From NCBI GenBank assembly GCA_963785305.1, contig CAWAUV010000008.1, positions 928,001-992,000 on the forward strand: a stretch of 64,000 nt of DNA, written 5' to 3'. The notes under the pieces were generated by a model, which was not told the origin of the DNA, did not search any database, and saw nothing but the letters and a program-made list of their open reading frames with translations. Both the position numbers and the translations under genes were made by a program. Of this stretch, positions 10,893 through 22,756 are shown one piece after another; within the stretch, counting starts at the first letter, position 1, and the number at the start of each line of letters is the position of its first letter. This stretch comes from an uncultured Planctomycetaceae bacterium. GTDB lineage: Bacteria > Planctomycetota > Planctomycetia > Pirellulales > PALSA-1355.

Positions 10893-12250
10893 TCAGCGGT
10901 CCGCTTGATCGGCCCGCGGAGCATCGCCCGGCGACATCACACACCGAAAGCCGGTGTGGCAGGAGCCGGTTTCGGTTTCCGTGCCGCGGCGAGCACGGGC
11001 CGGTAGCTCTCGCAATACGACTCGTGGCAGAGAAACGATCCGCCCCGCACCACGCGCTTGGGCACTCCCGGCTCGCTGGGATCGTAGCTGCGATTCGGTC
11101 CTTGCGGGTTGTCGGTCACGCCATCGCCGGCTCGCTGGCGGTATTCATCGGCCGAGTACCAGTCGGCACACCATTCCCACACATTGCCGGCCATGTCGAA
11201 GAGCCCATAGCCGTTGGGCGGAAACGCGCCGACCGGGGCTGTCGCCGCGAAGCCATCGGCGGCGGTGTTGTGATGCGGAAACTCGCCCTGCCAGATATTG
11301 GCGAGCCCGCGCCGGTCTTGCGAGCGAGCTGTCTTATCTTCCGGAAGCCCTTGCCCGTCTTGTGGAATGACGTCGACCGGCGACTCGTCGCCCCAGGCAA
11401 AGGCCTTACCCTCGAGGCCGCCCCGCGCGGCGAATTCCCATTCGGCCTCGGTCGGGAGCCGCTTCCCGGCCCAGTGCGCATAGGCTTCGGCGTCGGCCCA
11501 GGCGACTTGCACCACCGGGTAGTCGTCTCGCCCGGTGATCGAGGAGTCGGGCCCCTCGGGATGCCGCCAGTCGGCGCCCGGAACCCATCGCCACCATTGA
11601 CTTACGTCGCCCAGCGGCACTGGCCCCTGGGGCGGGGTAAAGACCAGGGCGCCGGGCACAAGTTGGCTATCGTCGGGTTTGGGAGTGCCGGGCGGGACCT
11701 GTTTTTTGATCTCCTCCCAATCCGGCTTGCGTTCGGCGACCGTGATATACGAGGTCGCGGCCACGAAGCGGGCAAACTCGGCGTTGGTCACTTCATGGGC
11801 GTCCATGAAAAACGGCGCCACGCGCACCCGATGCGGGGGCCGTTCATTGGGCCGATTGCGCGGGCCGGCGCCGCCCATCGTAAACTCGCCGCCGGGAATC
11901 CAGACCATGCCCGGCGGAGTGGCCACGCCCTCGGGCGGCGTCGCCACGGGACCTTGCGACACGGGACCTTGCGCCACGGGACCTTGCGACACGGTCGGAG
12001 TCGGCGATGCGGCCGGCTCGGCGGACGCGGCCGAAATCGACTTTGTGGGATCGCTTGGCGTGGTCGGGCCTGTTTCGGCGACATTCGCCGCCTGATACCG
12101 GTAGGCAAGCGCACCGGCGAGCAGTCCCACGGCCAAGGCCGCCGCCATCAGACCGCGGCGCCGGCCGCCTGGCGAATCCACTCTTGCCGGACTCTTTTCC
12201 GGTTGTCTCTGGCTAATGTCCGACTTTTTCACTTGCGCCTTGCTTGCCAT
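10893..12250 (-). CDS. Formylglycine-generating enzyme (SUMF1/FGE family); frameshift near 10997
   Basis: KRLPTEAEWEFAARGG, DMAGNVWEWCAD, RGGSFLCHESYC; alternate frame restores SARRG...HTGFRCV with stop at 10893. Confidence 0.9.
11945..11994. repeat. 15-bp coding tandem repeat (about 3.3 copies) in the FGE linker
   Basis: CACGGGACCTTGCG(A/C) three times, encoding (S/A)QGPV. Confidence 0.85.
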
Positions 12251-12577
12251 CGTGGACTACCTCAAGGTTTGGAGCCATAGGATTCCGAGCTGGCCCCATC
12301 TCCCGGATGGCTCCCGGCCGAGAAGCTTGCCATGCTTGCCAGCTCCGACGGATGCCGCCGACATTTTCGCTAGAGTCATCATAATGCGCCAATTCGATTT
12401 CCGCGCCCGGCGCGGTAAAAACGCGCCTTCGAGCCGGGCATCGCGCAATGGAAGCTCGCACCGAAGCCATCAACTAAAAAACCGCTCTACCCCGTTCTTT
12501 CTAGCAGGTGGTATGCTTGGCTTGACGGCGACGCGGGCGGCGCCCAGCGCGTGGTTCGTTTTCCCTTGGGTGATCTC

Positions 12578-13376
12578 ATGGCGACGATTTGTGACATGCC
12601 GACTTCCGACCGGAGCGACGAGCGCGCCACGGCCCCCCGACCGCCGGGCTCGGTGCTTGTGACGCTCGCCACTTACAACGAGCTCACGAACTTGCCGCGG
12701 CTCGTGGCCGAGATTTTCGAGGTTCTACCGCGGGCCGATGTGCTCGTGGTCGACGACAACTCGCCCGACGGCACTGGTCGCTGGTGCGACGAAGCGGCCC
12801 AGCAGTTCCCGCGGCTTGCTTGCCTCCACCGTCCTGGCAAGCAGGGCCTTGGCGCCGCGACGATCGCCGCGATGCGCTATGCGATCGACCACGGCTACGA
12901 GTTCATGCTCAACATGGATGCCGATCATAGCCACGCCCCGCGCGTATCTGCCCGACCTCTTGGCCGGCATGGAAGGCGCGCCGGGCGAGCGGCCGTTGGA
13001 TGTGATGATCGGCTCGCGCTATGTGCGCGGCGGCGGCGTCGAGGGCTGGCCGCTCTCGCGCTATCTGATGAGTTGGAGCGTGAATCAATATGCCCGCCGA
13101 GTGCTGTTCTTGCCGACGCGCGATTGCAGCGGCGCCTATCGCTGTTACCGCACGACCATGCTGAAAAAGGTCGACTTCGCCCAGGTGCGCGGGCTCGGCT
13201 ATTCGTTTCAAGAAGAAATTCTCTGGCATTTGGCTCGCGCCGGGGCGACCTTTGGCGAAACCCCGATCACATTCGTCGACCGACGCCATGGCGAATCCAA
13301 GGTCGATGGCCGCGAAGCCCTGACAACGCTCGCGGCCCTCTTGCGGCTGGGCCTGACGAGCCTCGTTAAAAGCTAG
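12578..13376 (+). CDS. GT2 glycosyltransferase, polyprenol-monophosphomannose synthase-like; frameshift near 12935
   Basis: ATYNE, VVDDNSPDGTG, MDADHSH, then IGSRYVRGG, DCSGAYRC, GYSFQEE, PITFVDRRHGESK. Confidence 0.88.
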
Positions 13377-13407
13377 CGTATCTTCAACGCACGCTTTTGG
13401 AATCGGT

Positions 13408-13486
13408 GTGCCATGCCCACGCTCGCGTGGGCATGCTTGGTTGACCACCGCGCAAAGACATGCCCACGCAAGCGTGGGCATGGCAC
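13408..13486. repeat. REP doublet (REPIN-like): two inverted palindromic 28-mers with a 23-bp spacer
   Basis: GTGCCATGCCCACGCTCGCGTGGGCATG and CATGCCCACGCAAGCGTGGGCATGGCAC. Confidence 0.85.
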
Positions 13487-13664
13487 GGCAATTTCAAGCC
13501 GTGACAAAGCACTGGCCCTCGCCCGTGAATCCGTGAAGTACAGTTTCACTGCGTCGCGCTCCCGCGCGCATGTTCTCCCCTGCTTTATCGCGTCGTCGTG
13601 ACCTCCGTGGTGAAATGTCCTCGCCTTCAAGGCATCCAGCGCCAAGCCCTCGCGGTCCACGATC

Positions 13665-14662
13665 ATGCAAAGCCGGTTATCGAAATCTTCTTCCGCGATA
13701 TGCGGGGTTTGGCCGCTGGGGTTGATTGTCGGCGTTGGGGTTGGGCTCGTGTTCGCTGGAGCGTTCGTCGTGGGACAAGGGCTTTGGTTTCCCTGGAGCG
13801 ATGCGATTCAGCCGGTTGCGATCGTCGCGGGGCTCGTCGGCGCGAGCATCTACTATCGCCGCCGAGGCGTGGACAATTTCGTCGCCACGCTCGACGCCCT
13901 GGCCACGCTCGTCGCCTTCTCGACCGTTTATACACTCGCCATGTATGCGATCGCCGCCACCGGCCGGCCATGGGTCGACGCATCGCTCGCGACATTCGAT
14001 CACGCGCTCGGTTTCTCGGCGTCCGAGGTCGTGCGCTGGGTCGACGCTCGGCCGAATACGAAATTCGCGCTCGAGATCGCTTACTTCTCCGTGATCCCGC
14101 AAACCGTGCTCGCCATCGCTTGGCTCGGGCTGCGCGGGTCGGGCGAGGCTCGCGAATCGCTCCGGCGGTTCCTGTATCGGTTCATGCTCGCGGCTGGCCT
14201 CGCGGCGCTCGTGTTTTATTTCGCCCCCGCGCGGGAACGTGCGCCTATTATGAGTTCCCGACGCCTGAACACTATCGGCGGATTCTCGTCGATCTCGACG
14301 CGTTGCGCTCCGGCTCGCGCACGCTCGTCACTTGGCGAGCCGCCGAGGGGTTGATTACGTGTCCCTCGTTTCACGCCACCTGGGGCCTGCTGCTCGTCGC
14401 CGCATTCTGGCCCGACCGCGTGCTCCGCTGGCCGATGTTCGCGCTCAATGCCGTGATGATCGCCTCGACCGTGCCGATCGGCATGCACTATCTTGCCGAT
14501 GTGCTCGCTGGCGGCGCGGCCGCGGGACTGGCCTCGGCGCTCGAGCGAGCGGGGTCATATGCCGCGCGAGCGGGTCTTGCCTCGCGAAGCATGTTCCGCG
14601 GGTCCGCCCTGGGCTGGACCATGCGCCCTGGCGCTTGCGGCCGCCCGGGCCAGCGGCGCTGA
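13665..14662 (+). CDS. PAP2/IPC-synthase-like membrane protein; frameshift near 14230
   Basis: TM-rich; DASLATFDHALGF, then TCPSFHATW and GMHYLADVLAG in the next frame. Confidence 0.8.
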
Positions 14663-15045
14663 GCCAGACCGCGCCAGGTCGGGGGGGCGCCGCTTGATCG
14701 GCGGGCGCCGGGCGCGTATTCTGAAATCGGTTTCCGCGCGGTGAATCATCGCGCTTGCCGAGCCACGAACAGCCGTTTGGCGCGAAGGTCCCACCTGCCA
14801 ACGATCCTACCCCGCCGCGAAATTTTTTTCACCCGGCGGGCGCCCCGAGCAATTATCCTGAGCACCGAGGATCGGCTGCGCGCGGGTCGGCGCCGTGGAT
14901 CCGAGTCGTGCTTGGCCATGACTTGTCCGGCGCATGCCTGTCGAATGTCCAATCGGCTTCCCCGGTCACGGAAGCCGCGAGTGGCGCCGGCCGAGGCCGA
15001 ACAACGAAACCCGAGAACATCGAAAACCGAGGCTTGAAGACGCAC

Positions 15046-17451
15046 ATGATGAACTCTTGGCTTTGTCGTCGCTCGCGAATAGGCGCCGCGGGCGCGGCGC
15101 TCGTGGTTCTGTGTCTGGCGGGCGACCGAATTGGCCCGCGCTCGCTCGCGGCGGCCGATCGGCCGCGCGTGAAACTGGGCGCCCCGGCGGCGAGCGGCGC
15201 GGCGAGCGCTCCGGCCGATCCGTCGAAGTTCGCGCCCAAGCCATCGCCGCGGGCAGCATTGCCCGCGCCGACCGCCACCGCGCTCGAGCGGATCGAGCGC
15301 GACCCGATGGACTGGCCCAACTGGCGCGGCCCCCAGCAAAACGGCGTCTCGACCGAGACCGGGCTCGTCGACGCTTGGGACTACGCGGGCAGCGGCAAGA
15401 ACCTGCTTTGGAAAAACGCCGAAGCCGGCAGCATCTCCACTCCGATCGTGCTCCGCGGCAAGCTCTATACATTGGCCCGCTATCAGCCCGACACCACGCG
15501 CGAAGGCGAAATGGTGATCTGCCTCGACGCCGCCACGGGCAAGAAGCTTTGGGAGAACACTTTCAATGTGTTCCTCAGCGACGTGCCGGCCGAGCGAGTG
15601 GCCTGGAGCAGTTGCGTGGGCGATCCGGCCACGGGCCGCATCTATGCCTTGGGTGTCTGCGGCTATTTGCAATGCATCGATGGCGACACCGGAAAGACCA
15701 TCTGGCGCCGTTCGCTCAGCGAGGAATTCGGCCTCTTGAGCACCTACGGCGGGCGGACGAATGTGCCGGTGCTCTCGGAAGACAAGCTGATTATCAGTTC
15801 GGTCATCATCGGCTGGGGCGAAATGGCCCGGCCCGCGCACCGCTTCATGGCCTTCGACAAGAACACGGGCGAGATTCTCTGGTTCAATGGCACCCGGCCG
15901 CTGCCCGAAGACACCACCTACAGCACTCCGGTCACGGCGGTGCTCAAGGGCAAGGCCGAGCTGGTGTTCGGCTCGGGCGATGGCGGCGTCTACGGCTTTC
16001 AACCGCGCACCGGCAAGATGATCTGGGGCTTTCAGCTTTCGCGCCGTGGCATCAATGTCTCGCCGGTCGTGAGCGACTACAACGTCTATATTTCCCACGC
16101 CGAGGAAAACCTCGACAATCAAACGATGGGCGCCATCGTGCGCATCGATGGCTCGGGCGCGGGCGATGTCACCAAGGACCACGAAATCTGGCGGGCCTCG
16201 GGCATGGACGGCAAGGCCTCGCCGCTGGTGGTCGATGGCCGGCTCTACGCCTTCGACGACGGCGCCAAGGTCTATGTGATCGATCTCGCCACCGGCAAGG
16301 AAGTGTGCAAGCCGGTGAAGCTGGTCGGCACCATCATGCGCGGCAGCCCGATCTATGGCGACGGCAAGATTTACGCCGCCACCACCAGCGCCTGGCATGT
16401 GATCAAGCCGACGGCCGACGGCATCAAGATCACGCAAAAATTGCGGCTACCCTCGGACGAAGAGGCCAGCGGCTCGCCGATCATTTCCCATGGCCGCATT
16501 TATCTGCCCACGACCGGCAATCTCTATTGTATCGGCGCCCAGGGCACGACTCCCCGCGCCGATCCGCTGCCCGCGACTCCCGAGGAAAACGCGGTGACGG
16601 CCGATGAAACTCCGGCTCTGGTCGAGGTCACTCCCTGCGAAGCGCTGCTCTCCTCGGGCAATCAGCAGACCTTCACGGCCCGGCTGTTCAACGCCAATGG
16701 CCAGTTTCTCAAAAACGCCGACGCTTCGTTCAGCGTCGAGGGGCCCGGGGCGATCGATGCCCATGGCATGTACACCGCGCCGGCCGATTCGGGGCATGTG
16801 GCGGCGTATGTCACGGCGAAGGTCGGCGACTTGGTGGGCAAGGCACGGATTCGGGTCGTGCCGCCGCTGCCTTGGAAATTCGACTTCTCCGATGGCGAGG
16901 TGCCGGTCACCTGGATCGGCGCCCGATATCGCAACGTGGTGCGCGAGATCGACGGCGAAAAGATGATGGTCAAAGTGACCACGATTCCCAAGGGCACGCG
17001 CAGCGGTTCGTTCATGGGTCCCACGAACTTGCACGACTACACGGTGCAAGCCGATGTGCGCGGGGCCAAGACACATGACAAGATGCCCGACATCGGCGTG
17101 GTGGCCCAGCGCTACACGCTCGACCTGATGGGCGCGAGCCAGAAATTGCAGATTCGCAGTTGGACTCCGCAGCTTGAAAAGCGGTTCGCCAAGAATGTGC
17201 CGTTCGCCTGGAAGGCCGACGAGTGGTATACCATCAAGTTCCAAGCCTCGACCAGCGGCGACCGGGCCGTGCTCAAGGGCAAGGTCTGGCCGCGCGAGGA
17301 GAAGGAGCCCGAGGCTTGGACCGTGGAAGCCGCGGATGAAGTCGGCAATTTGAACGGCAGTCCCGGCCTGTGGGGCAATGCCAGCGATTCGGAAATCTGC
17401 TACGACAATATCCGGGTGACGCCGAATGTTTCGGTCGCCGACTCGAAATAG
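15046..17451 (+). CDS. PQQ-binding-like beta-propeller repeat protein, exported
   Basis: DWPNWRGP, STPIV, CLDAATGKKLW, YSTPV and SPLVVDG repeats; signal peptide. Confidence 0.88.
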   Translation: MMNSWLCRRSRIGAAGAALVVLCLAGDRIGPRSLAAADRPRVKLGAPAASGAASAPADPSKFAPKPSPRAALPAPTATALERIERDPMDWPNWRGPQQNGVSTETGLVDAWDYAGSGKNLLWKNAEAGSISTPIVLRGKLYTLARYQPDTTREGEMVICLDAATGKKLWENTFNVFLSDVPAERVAWSSCVGDPATGRIYALGVCGYLQCIDGDTGKTIWRRSLSEEFGLLSTYGGRTNVPVLSEDKLIISSVIIGWGEMARPAHRFMAFDKNTGEILWFNGTRPLPEDTTYSTPVTAVLKGKAELVFGSGDGGVYGFQPRTGKMIWGFQLSRRGINVSPVVSDYNVYISHAEENLDNQTMGAIVRIDGSGAGDVTKDHEIWRASGMDGKASPLVVDGRLYAFDDGAKVYVIDLATGKEVCKPVKLVGTIMRGSPIYGDGKIYAATTSAWHVIKPTADGIKITQKLRLPSDEEASGSPIISHGRIYLPTTGNLYCIGAQGTTPRADPLPATPEENAVTADETPALVEVTPCEALLSSGNQQTFTARLFNANGQFLKNADASFSVEGPGAIDAHGMYTAPADSGHVAAYVTAKVGDLVGKARIRVVPPLPWKFDFSDGEVPVTWIGARYRNVVREIDGEKMMVKVTTIPKGTRSGSFMGPTNLHDYTVQADVRGAKTHDKMPDIGVVAQRYTLDLMGASQKLQIRSWTPQLEKRFAKNVPFAWKADEWYTIKFQASTSGDRAVLKGKVWPREEKEPEAWTVEAADEVGNLNGSPGLWGNASDSEICYDNIRVTPNVSVADSK

Positions 17452-17552
17452 CCACATCCGGTTGGCGGTCGGCGCGCGAACACGCGCGGCGTCGGCGACA
17501 GGTTCATTTCCCCACCCACCAAAAACCGCAACTCGCGTCGAGACCCACGAAC

Positions 17553-19758
17553 ATGATCGATACCCATCGCTTTGCGTTTCTTGTGTCGTTGCTGACGATC
17601 GCCGCCGCGGCGCCGGCCGCCGAGCAACTGGCCGCCGCGGGTTCGCCGCCGACAGCCGCGGTCAAGGCGCCGGCGACGGCGGCCGGCAAAACCGCGGCCG
17701 CTTCGGGCGGTGGCGCGGCCAAGGGCCCGGCGGCCCCCAGCGCGGCTTCACCCAACACGACTCCGCCCAGCGTGACCGCCAAGCTCGATTCGTCGCTGAT
17801 TACCGCGCAGCTGGAAACACTCGGCTCGCTGCCGAAGATGGTGGTTCCGGCGCCCGCCGACGTGCAACCCGGCGATTGGCCGATGTGGGGTGGAACCACG
17901 GCCCGCAACAACGTGGCCCTGGCCAAGAACATTGCCACGGAATGGGAAGTGGGCGGTTTCGACGACAAGACCGGCGAATGGCAAAAGTCGAAGGCTCAAA
18001 ACGTGAAGTGGTGCTCCCGGCTCGGCAGCCAGTCGTATGGCAATCCGGTGGTGGCCAACGGCAAGGTATATGTCGGCTCGAACAACGGGGCCGGCTATTT
18101 GAAGCGTTATCCGGCCACGGTCGACCTGGGTGTCTTGCTCTGCTTCGACGAAGCCGACGGCAAATTCCTCTGGCAACACTCGAATGAGAAATTGCCTACT
18201 GGCCGTGTACACGATTGGCCGCTGCAGGGCGTGTGCGCCACCAGTTTCGCCGAAGGCAGCCGGGTTTGGTATATCAGCAATCGCGGCGAAGTCGTGTGCC
18301 TCGACGCCAACGGCTTTTACGACGACGTGGACAATGGTCCGGTCGTGAATCAACCGGCCAAGATGTTCGAGATCATGAAGAACGAAGACCCGGCGAAGGA
18401 CCAGTTCGCCGAGGGCCTGGCCGCGCTGAAAGAGGGCAAGCTCGCGCCGCGCCTGCGCGACGCCTTTGCCGCGGCCGGCCTCGAAATTCCCGACGACGTG
18501 AAACTGGCCGTGGAAAAAACGACCTACAAATTCTCCTTCAAGCCCGAGGGCGCCAAGCACGAGCGGGCGGCTTTTGTGCGGGTCGAGGGACCGAAGCTGG
18601 TCGGCTACAAGATTCTCAATCCCGACGACAAGACCGAGGCCGACGTGATTTGGAGCGTCAACATGATGACCGACCTCGGCGTCTCGCAGCACAATATGTG
18701 CGCTGCTCGGTAATCGCGGTCGGCGATCTGCTGTTTTTGAACACCTCGAACGGCGTGGATGAAGGCCATGTCAACCTGCCGGCGCCCCATGCGCCGAGTT
18801 TCGTGTGCATGGACAAAAACAGCGGCAAGGTTTACTGGACCGACAGTTCGCCGGGCGCCAATGTGTTGCACGGCCAATGGTCGAGCCCGGCCTATGCCTT
18901 GATCGACGGCGCGCCGCAGGTGATCTTCGGCGGCGGCGATGGCTGGATTTACTCCTTCGTGGGCGATGCCTCGAGCAATGGCGGCCACGCGAAGCATCTT
19001 TGGGAATTCGACTGCAATCCCAAGGAATCGAAATACACGCTTGGCGGCCGCGCCGACCGGAACCACATCATCGGCACGCCGGTCCTCTATAAGGGCCTCG
19101 TGTATGTGGGCGTGGGCGAGGATCCGGAGCATGGCGAAGGCGTCGGCCATTTGTGGTGCATCGATCCGCGCCGGCATGGCGATGTGAGCGGCGAACTGGC
19201 GCTGAATCTCAAGGACCTCTCGCAGCCATTGCCGCGGCGGCGAAATCAGGCCGTGATCAAGGAGCAGGGCGACGTGGCCCGGCCCAATCCGAATTCGGCC
19301 GCCATATGGCATCTTTCGACCTCCGACACGAACCACGACGGCAAGATCGACTTCGAGGAAACCTTCCACCGCACCTGCGGCACGGTGGCGATCAAGGACG
19401 ATCTTTGCTATGTGGCCGACTTCAGCGGATTGGTGCATTGCGTGAACGCCCTCACCGGCGAGCCCTACTGGGTGCATGATATGCTCGCCGCCTGCTGGGG
19501 CTCGCCGCTGATTGTCGAAGACAAGGTCTATATCGGCGACGAAGATGGCGATATCGCGATCTTCAAGCTCTCGAAGGAAAAAGACCTGATCGCCGAACAT
19601 AACATGGGCAGTTCCGTGTACTCGACGCCGGTCGTCGCCAACGGCACGCTGTTCATCGCCGATAAAGACCATGTGTTCGCCATCGAAAACCCCTCGTCCG
19701 CCGACGCCAAGCTCGAAAAGGCGCGGCCAGCGCCCCGTCGGCGACCGCCGCGCGATAG
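17553..19758 (+). CDS. PQQ-binding-like beta-propeller repeat protein; frameshifts near 18700 and probably 19720
   Basis: DWPMWGG, SYGNPVVANG, GQWSSPAY, WGSPLIV, YSTPVVANG; end position inferred. Confidence 0.8.
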
Positions 19759-19848
19759 AATCGGCTTGGGCCGCCGGCCGGTTGATAAGCTTCGGCGCGG
19801 GCGGCGCCGGGCTTCGGATCGCTCTTCCAAGGATGGACTTCGCACACG

Positions 19849-21258
19849 ATGGATAGCCTGCGAATTCGCGGACCGGCCGTGCTCTCGGGCAGCGTTCGAG
19901 CGCAAGGCGCCAAAAACGCCGCGCTGCCGATCATGGCGGCGTCGCTCCTGGCCTCGGAGCCGGTCACGCTCCACGCGGCGCCGCGGCTGGCCGATGTCGA
20001 CACGCTCGCTCTCGTGCTCGCGCATTTGGGGCTCAACGTGTCGCGCCGCGAGAGCGGCGGCATCGATATCACGACCCTAAACTCTCGGCCGGTCGAAGCG
20101 CCGTGCGCGCTGGTCGAGCAAATGCGGGCCAGCTTCTGCGTGCTCGGTCCGCTCGTGGCCCGGCGCCGAGTGGCAATCGTGCCGCTGCCCGGCGGGTGCG
20201 ATCTCGGCCCCCGGCCGATCGATTTGCACTTGGCCGGCTTGGTGAAGCTGGGCGCCGAGGTGCGCATCGAGCGCGGCATGGCGATCGTCAGCGCGCGACG
20301 GCTGCGCGGAGCGACGATCGAGCTCGCCGGCCCGCGCGGACCGACCGTGACCGGCACGGCCAATGTGCTCTCGGCCGCCACGCTCGCCCAGGGCACGACC
20401 GTGATCCGCCGCGCGGCGCGCGAGCCCGAAATCGCCGATCTCGCGTGCTTCCTTCGCCGGCTGGGGGCCGACATCGAAGGCGAGGGAACCGACACCCTCG
20501 TCGTTCGCGGCCGCGAGCAACTGGGCGGCGCCGAACACCAGATTATTCCCGACCGCATCGAAGCCGGCACCTTGCTCTTCGCCGCCGCGATCACCGGCTC
20601 GACGATTTCGGTCGAAGGCGCGCGGGCCGAGCACTTGAGCGCGGTCTTGGAAACACTCGCGCTCACCGGTCAGCGCGTCGAACTCGGGCCCGACGTGATT
20701 CGGATCGCTGGCGTCGAGCGGCCGCGCGGCGTGCATGGCATCGCCGGGCCATTTCCCGAGTTTCCCACCGACTTGCAGCCGATGCTCACGGCGCTGCTCG
20801 CGAAAGCCACGAGCCGCGGCTCGATGACCGATCGCGTGTTTCCCGAGCGCTGGCGTCACTTGGCCGAACTTGAAAAGCTCGGCGCCCGGTTCTCGCGCCA
20901 GGCTTGCCGCGCCGCGACCCGCGGCGGCGAGTCGCAAGCCGGCGCCCTGCTCGGGGCAATATCGGCGCCCCAGCGCGTGGTCCAGGCGCATGATCTTCGC
21001 GGCGGCGCGGCGCTGCTGCTGGCGGCGCTGGCCGCCGAGGGAACGACCCTGGTCACGGGGCTCGAACATCTGGACCGTGGCTACGAGCGAATCGAAGACA
21101 AGCTCCGCCGCCTGGGGGCCGATATCGCGCGCTCGAGCGCCGCCACGCTCGACGAGCCCAATGGACTAGCGCGCCCCAGGGATACTGGCGAACCGGTCGT
21201 GGTTTGCGAACGGGCCCCGGGCTATGAACCGGCCCCGGTTTGCGAAGCGCCTTTATAG
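19849..21258 (+). CDS. murA: UDP-N-acetylglucosamine 1-carboxyvinyltransferase
   Basis: GAKNAALP, MRASF, PGGCDLGPRPIDLH, AAREPEI, PDRIEAGT, FPTDLQ, DLRGGA, DRGYE. Confidence 0.95.
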   Translation: MDSLRIRGPAVLSGSVRAQGAKNAALPIMAASLLASEPVTLHAAPRLADVDTLALVLAHLGLNVSRRESGGIDITTLNSRPVEAPCALVEQMRASFCVLGPLVARRRVAIVPLPGGCDLGPRPIDLHLAGLVKLGAEVRIERGMAIVSARRLRGATIELAGPRGPTVTGTANVLSAATLAQGTTVIRRAAREPEIADLACFLRRLGADIEGEGTDTLVVRGREQLGGAEHQIIPDRIEAGTLLFAAAITGSTISVEGARAEHLSAVLETLALTGQRVELGPDVIRIAGVERPRGVHGIAGPFPEFPTDLQPMLTALLAKATSRGSMTDRVFPERWRHLAELEKLGARFSRQACRAATRGGESQAGALLGAISAPQRVVQAHDLRGGAALLLAALAAEGTTLVTGLEHLDRGYERIEDKLRRLGADIARSSAATLDEPNGLARPRDTGEPVVVCERAPGYEPAPVCEAPL

Positions 21259-22244
21259 ACCTGTTGATAGAGCATGTTCTTCTTCGAGGTCATCGGGCCC
21301 GTGCCGCGATCGTCGCGCAAGGCCGCCACCATCATGTTGAGTTTCGCGTCGATATCGTCGGCATAATGCACCAGCAGCGCTTCGGGCGTCATTGGCGCCT
21401 TGGGCGAGCCCCATTCGGGCAGGCGTTGATGGGAAAGAATAATGTGTTCGAGTCGCAGGAGCTTATCGCCGGGCAGTTCGTGTCTCGGAGCCGCCTCGCG
21501 CACGATATCGCGTCCCTGCACGATATGCCCGATGAGCGAGCCGGCGGCGGTGTATTCGGCGCCGGTCGCGTGTTGCTCGATCTCGCGAAGCTTGCCGATA
21601 TCGTGGAGCGCTCCGCCAGCGATCACCAGATCGCGATCCAAGGGCGGCGAGAGCTCGGAGTATTGATCGGTGTATTTTTCGGCCAGATACAAGCACGTGC
21701 GTGTCACGCTGAGCACATGCTCGAGATATCCGCCGACATACGCATGATGATTGTGCGTGGCGGCCGGGAGCGTGAGCAGGGTTTCGCGATTGCTCGTGAG
21801 AATGTCGCATACCAGCTCGCGGAGCGCCGGATCGACAATGCTCTTGGCGATCAGCAGCAGTTCATCGAACATGCTTTCGGTCGGATAGCGCGACTGGGGC
21901 AAGCACATCGCCGGATCGAAACCATCTTGCGAATCGGCCTCGACCACGGCGCGAATCTTGCGAATGTCGAGCTGCGGCCCGTAGTTCGTTTCGCGATACA
22001 CTGCCCGGAGCTTGTAGAACTCGCCCACGCGCCACTGCTCGCGGCATTCGACGCCCCAGGGCGAATCTTGCCAGATGGGGAACGAGACCTCGCGGGCATG
22101 ATCGCGAAAAGTGACCTTGAAGTAGGGCTTGCCGTCGCGCGTGGTGAGCTCGTCCTTGGCCGAGAGTAGGGCGAAGAGATCGGCCTCTTGGCCGAGCGCC
22201 ATTTCCGCCAGCGGCACAACCTGGGGCAACGTCTTTTGTTTCAT
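21222..22244 (-). CDS. YhaM/Cbf1-like OB-fold and HD-domain 3'-5' exoribonuclease
   Basis: TRDGKPY OB fold; PAATHNHHAYVGGYLEH, LHDIGK, GHI, HIILSH, HYADDIDAK. Confidence 0.88.
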   Translation of the reverse strand: MKQKTLPQVVPLAEMALGQEADLFALLSAKDELTTRDGKPYFKVTFRDHAREVSFPIWQDSPWGVECREQWRVGEFYKLRAVYRETNYGPQLDIRKIRAVVEADSQDGFDPAMCLPQSRYPTESMFDELLLIAKSIVDPALRELVCDILTSNRETLLTLPAATHNHHAYVGGYLEHVLSVTRTCLYLAEKYTDQYSELSPPLDRDLVIAGGALHDIGKLREIEQHATGAEYTAAGSLIGHIVQGRDIVREAAPRHELPGDKLLRLEHIILSHQRLPEWGSPKAPMTPEALLVHYADDIDAKLNMMVAALRDDRGTGPMTSKKNMLYQQVYKGASQTGAGS

Positions 22245-22756
22245 GGCGAGCGAATCCCGGGAGGTGAAATGTCTTGGAAAAGGCGGCGGCCTGGATATGC
22301 GGCCGGCCGGAAAGGTCGAGGCGCCTTTGATCGCGACGACGCCCAAGCCGAGCGTCTGACTGCTTAGGGGCCTATCCGAGACCTTCGGCGAGCGCTCACC
22401 CTGCCCGCTCCAATACGGGGAGAGGGGGAGATGTCGGAAGGTTCCCCGCTCAGCGGTCATGCGACGCCTCGGCCCGATTGTAAGGCGCCTGAACTAGGGG
22501 GTTCAAGAAAATCCCGTATTTCCGGGAGCCAGGCGACCGTGACACGGTCCGCCCGGTCGGTCCGCCGTTCCGCCGTCGGCTGTGCGGCCGTGTCGGCCGT
22601 GGGCGCCGGGCGGGCTGCTCTTGTCCATTGTGGCGCTTCGCTTTAAGATACGCGCTTTCATTTTTCGCGTCAAAATCGCTCGAATTGATTCAGATTCTCG
22701 CGCGAGCGTCGTTTCGTCGCTGGCGCGTCTCGACAAATCGCGCCCGAAGTGGGGGG

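Noticed and set aside
11945..11994. Short tandem repeats (also 56717-56763) as contingency loci
   Set aside because: Unit lengths are multiples of three and lie in disordered linkers, so no phase variation is expected
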